Below, piece after piece: positions 13,721 through 28,700 of a stretch of DNA of 64,000 nt. How positions within the stretch are numbered: the first letter of the stretch is position 1; every line of letters begins with the position of its first letter. The notes below the pieces were generated by a model. The model ran no database searches, was not told the DNA's origin, and was given only the letters and a program-made list of their open reading frames with translations. The DNA comes from Botryllus schlosseri (Eukaryota). Both the position numbers and the translations under genes were made by a program. Where the stretch lies: assembly GCA_051294905.1 (NCBI GenBank), contig CM119372.1, positions 21,950,001 through 22,014,000 on the forward strand, in the 5' to 3' direction.

Positions 13721-16700
13721 CTAGAAAATTCAAACATGGTTGATCAATCACATGATCAGTCAGAATAGCCTTAACAAACTCAAACAAGCATTGAAATCCA
13801 TTCATGATTGACGATTACAGTCTATGATATTTCGGACTAGTGCTAGAGCAGGCATGCTTCAATTCCAGGCAGTTAAATGTAAGTCTCTACCCGTGGACCA
13901 TCAATTTTTTCTAAACAAGTCCAAGTTTCTTTATGACTGAGAAATGATTCGTCTATTGCCAACCATAATCTATATGACAAACAAATTCGGATTGGTATTG
14001 CGATGACCTACAATGTGACGATAACCGACGAGCCTTTGAAGCCATGCTAGCTGGGCATGCCATGTATCTAGATTCGCAGCTTGAAAGACATCAATGAAAA
14101 CTCAGTAAAATTAGCCTATGAAGAGCGCATAGCGATTTGAGTACACGCATCCGAATCAATGATCAATTTTGATCATTCGAGTTGAGTAGCGAGAGCCGAT
14201 CTTTCCAAGTACCAAAACTATCCACTCCTTATTGCTCAATGTTCATGAACAAAAATCGTAGTTTTAGATGCTTTATCGCCTCGATACGCCTGAAACCTCG
14301 ATACGAGGAAGCATATCAATCAATAACGGTCAAAAGGCTTCCAACGTTCATGATGACGACATTTCTGTACAGAAGTGACAGACCTTCGGTATTGGGAATA
14401 TGAAATAACAAATATAAATATGTGCAACTGGCATTATTCAGTTCGCTGTTGCTTAGAAAATACCTATTTGGTCGCTGTCAAGTCCCTCTTCCTGTTTTTA
14501 TACTTAATTAGAAGCTTCATAACTCGACTTGGAATCGAATCACTCGGGTAGCCTGATAAATTCTGCCCAGCCCTGGCGACAATGCTCTATACTCCTTTAA
14601 TTTTACCACACACGAGTCACAGTCCTGTGCTGTTGGTAGCACTACAGAAAGAGTCTAATCCAAACAATCGCAGCAAACAGTGACATGAAACTAGAACGAG
14701 TAATGATATTTAACTCAAGAAGATATAGTCACTCTTACCTCGGTCAGCATGCTCAAGAGATCGTTGTCTCTGGTGTTTTCTTTCAGGACACAGACAAGTG
14801 CGGATACAAACCACGAGCCCGTGGCAGTGTCACGATAAGCTTTATTGCCTGAATATAAGAAAATTACTGCGTCTGACCAACACCATACCGATTTCATAGC
14901 ATGGATGAAACGAGTAAGAATGTAACAAGTACCTTTGCACAGAGAGCACAGGGTCTGTGCAAAATGATGCACCCGGCAATTAAAAAAATAACCAACACTG
15001 GAAATGATATTTTGCTGGCCTTACACTATCAGGCTGCGCACTTGGAACATCAAGAATTAGGCATTGGAGCTTGCTAACCGCACACCACATTGGCTCGTAA
15101 ACTGAGCTGAAGTACACCCTCAGGATCCTAGATCATTCCAATCATGTGTAATTTATTCATTTTCAAGGAGTGAATATCAGCAGGTGGTAGACGCAGGGCT
15201 GTGGAATCGGTAAATTTTACCACCTACTCCGGCTCCGACTCCACACACTTTCAATATACCAACTCCGACTCCTGAGTCTTTAAACGTACCTACTCCGACT
15301 CCTGGGTCTTTAAACATACCGACTCCGACTCCAGCATTATTACAATTTACTTCGAAAATTATATGCCACATTGTCGGTTGAATGACTATCATACAACCAT
15401 TAAACATATGCCAACATATGATTAACGGTGGCATGCTAAATTGTTTCATTGTGGCACAGCTCGAATTATCCACCATGCAATTAACATGAAAGAAAGATTT
15501 GCTAAATATCCTTCCTTTTTCAAGTTTTTATAACATGGACTCTCCAATATCCTGAAATGTATGAATCATTCAAATATGGCAGATATCCAATCCTGTGTGA
15601 TAAAAATGTAGATAAAAAATCCAAGTGTAGCTCTTGTGTCTGAGTCAGCAACTAATCAAGAGATTGAACCTACTAATTTTGACATTGCACACTATACTGA
15701 TTCCAAGCACACACACTCTTACTACTAATAGACATTGGTCATAAATGGAATTTAGTTAAGTAGGCCTAGTCAAAGACCATAAGCCTGTGTCTAGTCTACA
15801 TGTACTTAATCAAGTAGGCTATTCAAGGATTGGGACTTGCAGTCTTTCTTAATCATTTGTTCGACCCAAACAGCTACACTACAAATATTTTTAATTTTGT
15901 CAAGTGGGAAGCATCGTTTGGTCAAATTTACATCATTTTTACAATTTTACAAAACCAGCCGATGCATTTGCTCTGTCACAGTTTCATGGTATAATTCCGA
16001 AAATTGCATCAATTTTTAATGCATCGCGAAAACGCATATTTCGATTTTCTTCCCCTGTGCAACTGAGTTGTAATTTGCAAGCAATGTCTAATTTTATCTA
16101 TATCAGGGGCGGGCAACATTTTTGGCCAAGGGACACACGAGATTTACAAACCATTGCGCGGGCAACTGGAATGTTGATAACCTTTTTTTAGTCGTCCGAT
16201 AGGAGCGAACCGAATTAGGTAACATTGCAAACAAGACTTCTAAAACTCTAAAATTGATAACAATATGTCATGCAACTATGCAGCGCGCAATCAGGCTGTG
16301 GTCGCACAAAGCGTGAAATTTTTTTGCAATATAATGATTGAATTATATCAATAAATATGTTGCTAACATACATTTGGGTCGCATCTGTATACCAATGGGC
16401 TCAGTTGGCAAGGATAGGATTATTCGACGTTTAGACATAGCAAAATCGACGGTATCAGTGAACATTTCTCATTTTGTGATCATTTTGTGCAAATGTTTTG
16501 TCGACGATATCGCTGCGAGTGCACAAGCGAAGCCGCATGTTGGACGACACATTATCTCGTAATTGCGAATATAGTTAGACTCAATTCTGTGAATAACATG
16601 TATTTATAATTTTCAGAAGGGGGCTCAAATACTGAATGCAAGAAATCTAGTGCAATGAATCATGCGAAGTACTGAGAAAAATTTCGAGTCAAATAAATCT

Positions 16701-19700
16701 GCTATGAAATATTCTACTTTATGGTCATATAGAAAGATCTGGGATAAATGTGGCTGGCCCCTGGATACGTCAATGCGTCAGAACTGTTGTTTTAGTCATC
16801 ATCAAATTTCGTGGTCATGCTAATCAAATTTTGGTTGGCCTTGCAATTGTAGGCCTACCTGATGTCATAAATAATTTCGAGAATTGCCTCGCAGGCCAAA
16901 CGTAACCTTCTCGTGTGCTAAATTTGGCCTGCGATCCATGGGCTGGCCGCACCTGATCTGTATGGTTATTAATAACAGTGATTGGTGGTACATAAAAATT
17001 CTATTGAAAATTCTTTGAAAGCAAATGTTTTCATGCTAGAGAAGTCGGAGTCGAAGTCAGGGTCATTCTCACAAACTCAGACTCCGACTCCAGTCAGTAT
17101 TTTCCCCACGACTCCGACTCCAGCTATTATAGTTTTCACGACTCCGACTCCATCAAGCGAAAATTACCCAGACTCCGACTCCACAGCCCTGGGTAGACGT
17201 ATACTGAGGCCTAACATCTATTGCCATCGCCTGGTCTGCACCCTAGTATCGTTTATCCTTTGCGTCACATAATTAATGAAGCTATGTTGAAGTCACTTGT
17301 GACGTACCTAACATAGCAAATCGTATGAAAGTACATTCCTTCGTTTTCTAGTGATTCGGTAAAGTCAAGTGATATCAAATATGGGCGTTTAAGTGATGAT
17401 GTGCCTTATGCCATATTCATACTTTTGGCTTGAATTTACTGGTTTTAATGCCATGGCAAAAATCCACTTGAACTACTAGCTGAGCTCTGCATAGAACAGG
17501 GGTCGGGAGATGGCTTGCTAACCACACATGGCTATTTTGATGGTGGCGTATGGCTGCCAGAGAATAGGAGTTGGTTAATTACCTAGTAGTCCGATTATCA
17601 CAATTCAAAATCCACTGTAATCTCCTGTATGATTTTTCAAGAGAAACATACATACGAAGCGGTGTTTATTTACACAGTACAGTATACTATGCATTTTCGT
17701 TTTGACGTGCTAATGACTTGACGGCCTGTGTGAGCCTTACAGTCAAAGCCCGAGATTCGGGACGCGCTAAAATGGTGTGATGACCAGCTTAGTGTTTAGT
17801 CAATGAACAATGGCTTTATTCAAAGTTTCTTATCGACAATAGCAGTAAGAGTTGATCACAAAGTATGCACTTCATAGGGGGAGATGGGCTCATACCTATC
17901 GACTGTTAATTCAGAAGGTTCCAGGGTGATTTTGTGAAATTTGATATATTTATTATATCATTAGGTCTGACATCTGCATCTGAGCTGACATATGTAATAG
18001 TGATTTACATTGCACCGTTAGGAGATAGTTGACAATTGTTAAGATTTAGCCGACACTGGCTTGTCCAACTTTATTTGATGATCATCAGTACTCTCGATAT
18101 TCCGGTTTAACTCGTTAGTCGTTTCACGAAAACAAGAATCTAATTTCAAACTGCAGGTGAATAAGCTGGGATAGTGATAGCCAGGTCGCGACATATACTG
18201 TTCGCACCGCAACACCACCAAGTCCAGCTAGATAGCTTGATTAGTGCAGGTAAGCATTACGCTTTGACTCAGAAAAATATGGTGCTCACAACAAACCTTT
18301 AATTATGACAGCAGTTAACTGGAATTGGTAAATGGCTACTGGAACATTACAATTGAAAATATAGGCCCACCATGGTTCGTTTAATGAGAAAGGTTCTAGA
18401 CCCCTGGCCTAGAATCATGTGGGTACGATAATAGTTCATGCGTGCATGAGAAATCACCTGCCAGTGTTGCGTAGACAGAAATACAGTCCATCAGGCGGGT
18501 TTCCCGCTCGGTGGTATCAGTCGGAAAAGTATTAGCATCAGCCTCTATGATACCATCACCTTCTGTAAAATCATATGTGCAATTAGATCGGTGGTAGATC
18601 ATATCACAGATAACCTAACCTTTCTGGAATACACAACAACAAAATTCTTATTAAGGACAGAGGACAGAGGACAGAGGACTGAATCGTTAACTTCAAAATT
18701 TTACGGAGTGTTGAAGGAGAGATAGAATAGAGAGAAAGGGATAAAAACTTAAAAGACTTACTAAGTGTTTATTCGGTATGCTGACCAATATCAGATATCA
18801 GATATCAGAATAATCAAGACCAATAACGACATAGATAAATAGCTATAAGGGTGAATAGATTTCATAATCTTATTATTTCCCATTTTTCAATTTGCTGGAA
18901 AATGTGTACCATAAATGTCAATACTTTTCATCTACTCCCATTAGGATTGTCCAAAATTTGGAAAACCTTGAAAATGCGCCGGTTTAGTGTCTTATTCTAC
19001 AGATTATTACTGATAAAAAACAACAATTGGCCAAAAAGAAGCTCACAGGAAAGTCATTAAGATTTCGGGCTAAGCATTTGAAAGTTGCTGACAAAGAATG
19101 GGCGTGCCACTGACCATAGAACAGTGAGAAGACTAGTAATCACGAAACCACGGCTCTTGATTGGTTAATCGGTTATGCTGTTTGGCCCATTGTTGTTTTT
19201 ATCAAAAATAATCGATAGAATAAGACACTAAAACGGAGCATTTTTGAGATTTTACAAATTTTGGACTACCGTAACTCCCACATATAGATGAATAAGTCAA
19301 ATGTCTATATATTTTTGACATCAACAGAAATAAAATGATTATAAGATTAGAATAGAACATAAATTTACATACCTATTGTAGTTTGTTCGGCGTCTAAGAA
19401 AAAGAATCAAACATAAGCAAATGAAGGCATCATAAAGGATTTGTAGTCAACAGAATTAAGTAAGGCATAGGGGCAAACGATTTTGTTTAAATTTCTTCCG
19501 CCAATATTGAAGAAAATGAAGTAGCGGATCGTAACAGATGTAATGGCAAAATATGTAATAAAAGCACGAATAATTTTTGTCATTACCATATTATAACCTA
19601 ATTAGTAATTACTTCACTAGCAATTCAGATTTTTTTCTGTGCTTCATGGACACTTGTTCCTGATGTATAAACTACATCAGTAAACATTTACAATATGAAA

Positions 19701-22700
19701 ACATTTTGCTGCCATGTTCATGTTTCACACCATTGAAAGTTGAATGCATGAAAAATTCTTTTGTCAGCAGCCATTTTCCTCAAAAAGCAAACATATTCGA
19801 CCTGGAGCTAAAAGATTGTCACTCAAGATAGTTGTACCTGCAGAGTACCATTCCAGTAGTCAATCTCTGTGACATTGAAGTCACGTATCATCACTGAGAA
19901 ATTACATGCACCCATTTCTTCAATGTTGCACTTTCTTGATGGGGTCATGGCCGAGAATGAATTTTTAGACAGTTGTCAGTCGATATTATGAAGGAACCGT
20001 GTCTTAGGATTACGAACCACGGCTGTTTAATTACACTTAGTAGGCATATGCCGAACAGCGGTGAGTCACCTTGTTGGGTCACCTTGATTTTCCCTGGTGT
20101 CACCAAAACTCACCTTACTCAATTTATAGGAGTTTTTTTATTACTGAAAAAAGACTGATACTTTTTGTTTCAGTTCGCAACCGCTCCCTGTGTTTCAGAG
20201 TACAGCTTGCAGCCATAGGTCACATTTAATCCATTGTGTTGCAATGCCCTTGTCAAGTAGCCTTTGGACGTAGGACGGAGTAAAAGCATTATCGATGCTT
20301 TTTTAAACTAACTTATAATTATACAAGGCAGTGAATTTGGTAAGGTTCATGATTAAAGAGGCAGATGGCATGTATATACTTACAGTCTTACATATATATA
20401 CATAAAGTAAACAATGGGCTGATTCATTTGAAGACTTGTTTCTTATCAAATTAACACTTTTCACACAGAGGCTACGTTAGAAGTTACTACGTAACAGCTA
20501 AATCAGGAAATGGGTAATTGCTGTGCACTACACATTGATCGTCAAAAATTCACAATTCATGCTTCACTGTCGGTTTGCAAATTCGATAGCCTTTTGTTTT
20601 ACTCCTCTGCGATTGTTAGGCCAGCAATCGATGATGCAGATTAATTTGTGTCACACTTGTGTATTGTTTAACTGCACTGGCATTGAGCATGACAACGCCA
20701 TTCCAAATTCCCAGGCGAATTTGAAGAGGTTACAGAGTCCTGTCATTATTATTATTCATATTTTCACAATCCCTCTGTTATTTAAAATTACGAGCTCGGT
20801 TCGTCACCCAGTAACAACAAAACAACATAACTAGTTGAAGTTGATTCACTGTTTCATCATCAAAACTAATTGTATCATTACACCTGCACGGCTGAAAACA
20901 TTTACGGGGTTGAAAAAAGCCGGGCCATATTTATGATGACAGAGGAGGCTTGGCTAAACAGGGTCACATGAAAATGTTTTCCTTTAAATTGACTCGCGCC
21001 TCTAAAAGGTTGTCAACCACTGCCATACAGTACTGGTGCTCAACATACAATATTCAGCCGGGTATATTTGTGTGTGAAGCTTGTTACGGTACCAGTTCCA
21101 AACAACCGTCGCTGTACCATACCAGTGGTTCTTAACCTTTTTTTCCAGCGCGCCTTTTTAAAGATTTCCTAGGTCTGGCGAATACCTCCCTATATTTTGG
21201 AAGGTAGTAAAAAAACAATGGGTAAGAGGCAGGGTTGTAATGACTCAAGTCAGACTCGAGTCGCGATTTTCTGGTGACTCGACTTGACTCGAATCATTTT
21301 CTTGAAAATGAAAAATGACTCGGAACAAGTCATAGGACTCGAGACTAGGTCTACCAAGACAGGCATTTCATTGTAATTTCTAAGAATAGTTATCACAATA
21401 TTATTGTGTCGTCTATCAGTACTGGTAGGCCTACTTGAAAATGCTGCCAGAAACTGTTGAAAGTAAGGAAAACAAGTATATTATAAATGCGAAGCATTCA
21501 ATATTACCAAGCAGAGTTGTAAAAAGTGGGAAAGTGGGTTTCACACGACATTAACTCGGAACTGAACAGTCTACACAATGACTTGGACTCGGACTTGACT
21601 CGGTGGTGAATTGAAAATGACTTGACTTGACTCGAGTCAAAACTATAAAAGTGAGATTGACTTGTGACTTGATTACAACCCTGGTAAGAGGTCCAAGTCC
21701 TGTTAGTTTTTTTCGGGTTGGGACTTTACCATTGGGAGCATAGGCGCTGAACTCAGGTATGCTAGGTATGCCGCGCATACCTAGGAATTTTTTTGGGTAT
21801 GCGGCATACCCAGAATTCGGTTTGGTCTGTTACTGACTGGGTGGTGAATTGATCGATTTAGAAATAAGCGTTTCGTAGTGCTGCTGAACACGTGCGTAAA
21901 CCGACAGCAATACGTTCAGGCGCTTAACGAAACTCCGTCCTTCAGTTACAATTCAGTTGTCCGTATTTTATCAGTGTTTCCAATTTGCGAGAATCGTTTG
22001 TGCACAATGTAACGCAACCAGAGATGCCACTCCTGGGTTTTTCCACCCAGATCTGGGTTTTTGAGCATCACCTGGGTTTCTGGGTTTTTATCCTTGAAAT
22101 CTGGGTTTTTTTCAACATCCAGTTCGCCAGGACAATTTTACGCTTGAAAATTAATTATTACATTAGTATGGTCGCAATATCGTAAAATTCACGCACTTCA
22201 GTTCGCCATGGTCGATGGATTTTGCTGTTATTGTAACGACGGAGTGTTGAGAATCTATTTCACTACTAAAATGAGAGGCTTCGGCTTGATGCGATGGAGC
22301 TTCATTGAATAGTAACTTCCAGGTCGCAGAAAGTCATGTTCATATAGTGACGATTGCCAGTAGCGAACTCGGCACTTGGTGAACAATTCGGCATGTATCG
22401 ATAAATATCATGTAATTGTATGGTATGCACAAGCACATGAACAGACCAGGTGATGATCCGACTAATATAATCCTATTGTTATCTGAGTATATTTATAGTT
22501 CCAACAGGGACACTCAGAGAGAGAGAGAAGGAGAGAGTTAGTTAATTGGACACCCCTAGCAAGTTAATCAAAGGCATTGGTTATCCGCACATTCGAACCC
22601 TAACCCTAACCCTGAATTTCATTTGGCATTTATTCATTTGCACTATACATTGGTCTGTGATTATTCCAAATAAAAGTGATTGTCGTCGGATCAATCAATC

Positions 22701-25700
22701 GAAAACTGCTTTCAATCTGTTCAGGTCACTAAAAATACATGAAATCATCCTTAGAAATACGGAATGGATGGCATTGCATTGAACTTTCGCAAAGCGATGA
22801 TATAATTAGAACCGGTACACTATTAAGTATTCACGCTGCGCCCCAATTGTTTCATTGCGATGTGTCGAGAGGAAAACAACATGTTTTTAGTGCGATTCGC
22901 AGTGCTAACCAAGCAAAATGTGTATTATGAACTGTTGTAAATTCAATATCAAAGGCTTCAATGATTGTATGAGTGTATTCGACGACTATCAGGCTCCACT
23001 TTCACAGCTATCTCGCGTGTTTTGAGTGAAATATAGGATCTGGGTTTTTCTGGGTTTATTTCGCCTCCACATCTGGGTTTTTCCGAAATATCCCAGTGGC
23101 ATCTCTGAACGCAACGCGATCTCGACGCTGAGATGATTGCGAAATTAGGTCATTGATTACCGCGCGCAATCGTCGCAGGCCTGATTTATCCCGTCTCCGT
23201 CAGGTCTAGTTGCGCTGGCTTGATGAATCGCATCGGCAATAGGCTCGGTGCGCACTATACCATCACTGGCCTGCGCACAATAACATCGTTGGCCTACACA
23301 ATTGCGTCGGCGTGGTTCGAAATATATCATTGCCGGCCTAACTATCGCGTCTCCGGCCTAGCATGCTTTGGCTCCTATCTATCGGTTGTGATTAAAGATT
23401 GATATCACGAAACTTACTGACATCGAATGTCCGCAAAAATGTGTGACTTGTGCGTACATGCGTACTTGATTTCCGCTAATACTTGAACATAACCAATAAC
23501 CATCAGAAGATGCGAGTCAAGGCTTGAGTTATAAAAGTTGAGAAAGGTTTGAACCACCTGAAATCGATGCGGATTCCATTATAGAACACACTCCATAACA
23601 ACTCGGCTATGCGCCTGAATATTTGATCAAACGCGAGTGGTCAGAAGACGCAACGCGAGGCAACAAGACCGAGAACTTGATACTAAAGATGTTAATTTCT
23701 ATATGCGCGAAATGTTGCGATTGTCATCTTCTGCTGTGAAGGAACATGATATCTTATGCGCCGGCCGGAACTATCGCTTCTTCTGTGATTGTGATGTCAG
23801 ACTGGCTCAGACATTGAACAATGAACATGGACGGAATTGATTGAAATACATACTGACCGTGAACAGACAGCGGCGTAATTGATTTTGACCAACGCGAATA
23901 CTAAAACAGAACGATCAGAAAATGTCTTGCAGGCTCTTGATATTGAAACTTCTAACTCCTATGAAATCAAAGTCACTAATGAATAGAGTCCAGAACAGAC
24001 TTTCTATTTGGGAAAATAATTCCTACAACCTTATTAGCCGTCGCCGAAGATGCGTATTCATTTGTTCTCGAGGGGGAGTGATTGAAATCTCCCGATTGTC
24101 GGCGCGCGTGTTGGCGAATATGTTGCGGAGATTGCGAGCTCGCTAATTGACTACACAGTCTCACGCGTTGGTAATCTTATGGTAGCGTGATGTGTCGAGT
24201 ATATTACACAAGGATGCTGATCCGATCGATGTATTATCGGCATTGGTGCATGTTCTTAATCATAATAAACTGATGCCACCTTGGTAAATTTGAAATGGAT
24301 TCAATCAATTCAGCAAGCGGCCGGCTGGCTACGCGGCCTGCCTAATCATATCGTAATTTTGTCACCATATACAAGTGCCAGGTGATATTGAACGCTTGCG
24401 AGTCGGCTAATTTGCCAATTCTGACGCACTATGGCGTCATCCCTTTGTGACGTCATCGATCTCGCATACCTAGGGAAAATCAGAGTTCAGCGCCTATGAT
24501 TGGGAGTATTTCTCTCTTGAATCGTGCATAAGGGCCACTCGACTAATTATCGATATAATAAGTGTAGGCTCATATGCATAGGCGCCGACTTTTATTTTTT
24601 CACGAAGTGGCGAAGTCTTGTGACGTCATAATTGTTCCCTATCGATGACGTCATCGCTGCACTAAAACGCACTTTACTACATGCCGCTGGTGGACGTGCA
24701 GCGTTAAACCATTTGTGTGATAATACGACCCTGCACTCATTAATATCAAACCATGCAGTGGAATCTTAAAACGGTACGATCATTCGTCCGACAAAAATCA
24801 AAATTTACGTCAGTGAGAACGTGGAGTTGCATCAATGTTATTCACGCGCAATGCGCAGTGTGAGTAACGAAATATACTACGCATTGGCCTGACAAGTTCG
24901 CAAGTACTACACGACAACTCTCGAATATTAGGTTTCAAGCAGACAATAATGATGATTACAAACGCGAAATCGCGCAGCCAATCAGCAATTGCGGTTTCTG
25001 GCTTCGCGTTGATTAGCTCGCATCGCGGCAATTGTTTGCCGATTAAACCAGCGATTTTGGCGGCATTGGTGCATTCCCGATTTACATTCCCGAAGCGTTT
25101 TTGGAGTACATCGGGTGTATATGCCGCAAATAAATCTAGGAACAATATATAACGCCCTATTCCTATTAATGTAACGACTATGGGCTAGAACATGGGTGGC
25201 CAACCTTTTTGCTATTCACGGCCGCATTTCGATAATTTGAGCAGCCTACGGCCGCATTCCTGGGCATAGTGTACGCCAATATCCATATTAAACTGTCCTT
25301 GCCCATTACCGGTGAATTCCGGACTAATATATGTCTTCATATCGGCTTTTAATACGCACCAAAATCGACGACCGCCAACACGTACTAATTGAATTACGTG
25401 TTGACGGCCGCAGAACTTTCCTTCTACGGCCGCAGGTTGCCGACCCCTGGGCTAGAATTAATTCCAGTTTCGGGCGCATGCCGCGATCTTATCAATAAAA
25501 ATCGACTGTCTACCAAATGCCCAATAATTTAAAATTCGATATTGTTGTTCTCGAAATCGTTCTCGTCCATCAATCAAGTTTTTCGAAATATAGAAGGCTC
25601 CCTGTTCAAACGAATCGAATAAATTCAGAGTTTGTGCGACCCAGAATCTCGTGATGCATCAATATTTTACAATGGCATGGCATACTCCACGTTACTAGCG

Positions 25701-28700
25701 AAAAGAACACTCAAAAATGACATTGTGCGACAATTTCAGAGTACGAATGTATCAAGCAGACAACAAGTAATATAGATGATGGCAAACGAGAAAGCGTGTA
25801 TTCTCTAATCAGTATTGCCACGAATGGGTTTTGAGTCTGACACCGTCTTGAGTAGCTTTCGTCGCGACAGTTGTTTATCGGTGTTTAAGCTGTATTGCTG
25901 CATTTCCCGATTAACGTCACTGGCAAAGCCTTGTTACAGAAACGAATATGCGCAGAAATTAATTCCAATTTGCAGGCACACACCAACACACCCTCCAATT
26001 TCGCGCTACGATTACTATCACGAAGCTAGCTAGCTCAAGAATGGTTTTGTAAAGAAATATGTACACATAATTTAGATTTTAGAAAAGCAGAACGTCTATT
26101 TGGGCACGTGGTCGGGAGAGTAGATCTACGATGGTGCTTCTGAGCACACGCTAGCCGCGCAGTCAGTCGGAAACTTAGGGGGATATGGATTTTTTTCAAA
26201 TTTACTAATATCGCATCAATTCAATTCGGGTTAAGTACATGTGTAAATGACGATCATATAATCTCTTCTTGTTGACGATTTTGGGCGTATGATAAGCTTG
26301 CCAAAGAGTCCGGAAGTGCTGTCAATTAGCGATTCCCTGATCTCTGGTGAACAATTGAATACGCGCGCGCCGCGTGTATTACGCAGCCTCGGCGACAGTT
26401 TTCGCAAATAAAAATGTCCGAACCTGATTGCACCGATTGCAGGTGGTTCAGACCTTTGTCATCTTTTAGAACTCAAGCCATGATACACATCTTCCGATCG
26501 TTACGTTCAAGTATTAGCGGAAATGAATTGAAGTCCGTTGGCAGCGATTCGCTGTTATTCAGTTTCGTGATGTCGCTCTTTCATCAATATAACATAAAAC
26601 AATCACTAATCAGCAAACTCGACCGCATTGTCCCCAAACCAGCGAGAGGTTGGAGCCAAAGTATGCTAGGCCCAAGACGCGATAGTTAGGCAAGCAATGA
26701 TCTTTTTCGCACCAGGCCTATTAGAGATGCTATCGTGTAGGCCAGCGATGATATCGTGCACACCAAGCAGAAGCCGCCAATGCAGATGCGATTGCGCAGA
26801 CAAGCGATGATATAGTGAACTGTGCCTATAGCAGATGCGATTGTTTAAGCCAGCGGAATCAGGCTTCTTCGAGATGCGATAAATCAGGCTGGCGACGATT
26901 GCCACGCGCACGGGAATGCCTGACCTAACTTCGCGACCATCTCAGCGGGATATCATTACAGACTCTTCGCGATAATTGACAACTAGCTTCTCGCAAATCG
27001 GCCGCGCGAACACTGATAAGTGATAACACAATTAATGAATTGCAACTGAATATTTGAGTTAAAATGGTCATTGGTCATTTCAAAATGACGGGGTTTCGCG
27101 CTTCAAACAGGGGGATTCGAACCCCGAAACCCCGTAGCTACGCTCCCGGCACACGCGCGTATCGAAAACGAAGACGTCTGTAACGAATTCGCATATAACA
27201 TCTGGTTCGAGCCCGATGTACACATCCCTAACTCACCTCTGCGATTGGCAATACGGGCCAGGTAATTGTACTGAGAAAATGGTAGAGATCTTGCTCACAT
27301 TGAATTTAGTATTACGCCCGGTCAATAACTTTAACATGAATGTTTTCCAAACAAAGCAAACCGTATTATAAAACGTTCATGTGAAGTTGTGGGTCACAAC
27401 CACAACACTTATAAGTATCATCCTTCGATACAATGAATAAATATTCTGAAGATTTAATTTTGTAGATCTCATATACAAATATATTTAGCCAATCATGTTA
27501 ACCAAAAAGCTCTAAAAGCATCTTTAATGTACAAAGGAGTCACACTTTCAAAAGTGGTACAGAGCCTCTTACTTCGATTTCGACACGCTCTGCGCTGCAG
27601 GATGCAATACCTAGTTCTAAACATTTGTGGAAAATAAATAGAGCTAGCGAGACGGGAGTGTTTTAACAGGGCATTGGCGGTCTTAGTACATGCAATTCAT
27701 TTTACTTGAATTAATATAAACCATTGCATTCATGGAAACATGTTACAAGCATTGACGGTAATTATTTTGCGCGGAGTGCGGGAAAAAATTTTGAGATTTG
27801 ACCAATTTGTTGAATGTTGATTTGCAAAGAGAACCCAGGGAAATACAGAACCATTGTTCTACTACATAATCATGTCCCTACCACACCATCCACTACGACG
27901 CCATTCTACTTCACCGCCCCCATACCGCCCCTCAGAGCCCAGCACCCCCCACATTGCTCCCTTCAAAATCCAAATCGCCCCTCGTAGGGCACTGGAGGCA
28001 AGGTCAAGAAACACTGTACTATGCCGATGCTTACATTCTGTATCTAAACTGCTGCGGTATCATAAGACACATTTCCTTCAAAAACACAGGTGAAAATAAG
28101 AAATGTGTGGAAAAAATTTCGGTGAAGAAGGCTACAATACAGGACTTCAACATCACAAAGATCGATTACTGGAATGGTACTTTTAGTGAAAATCATAAAG
28201 CTTCAGTTCGAATACAGTGGCTTTCTGGGGAAAATTGACTGCTTCCAAAATGTTTTTCAAGCCTGCTATAATTTCAGATCATATGATATTTAGAGCGAAA
28301 TGTCCAATTAAATAATTTCATTAATCAATTCATCTGACTAATTTAAGAACTTACTTTGTCTGCAGAACTGGAGAAAGAATATTTTCGGCTTGTCTTCAAG
28401 AAACGGACATACATCTGGGGTAAACCACTTCTTTACCTCATTGAAGTTCACTCTGTTGCCATGAACACCAACAAATGTATCGTTGGCTCTACCATCTGCA
28501 AAGTAGAGAAGGAAATGTGTTAATAAGCGCCACCAGCTAATCACGGTACACAATGGCAGTATTCTCTACAACTGCACGAAAAGCATGTGGACAAAGTTTC
28601 ACTGTGCACATGCACACATCCGGAAAATCATTTCAGTCTTTTGGCTACACACAAAGGGGAAACACGGGACCGGATACAGAAACAATGAACCATGAAAAAT

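Larger units (their letters stand above)
21123..28016 (+). mobile_element. Composite hAT/Charlie-like element, copy 2, with several nested insertions
   Basis: TIR CAGTGGTTCTTAACC / GGTCAAGAAACACTG; degenerate TSD taccatac/tactatgc. Confidence 0.75.

Noticed and set aside
15177..15476. GVGVG-repeat ORF (and the TPTP ORF at 16982-17272)
   Set aside because: Translations of ACTCCG subterminal repeats of a MITE.
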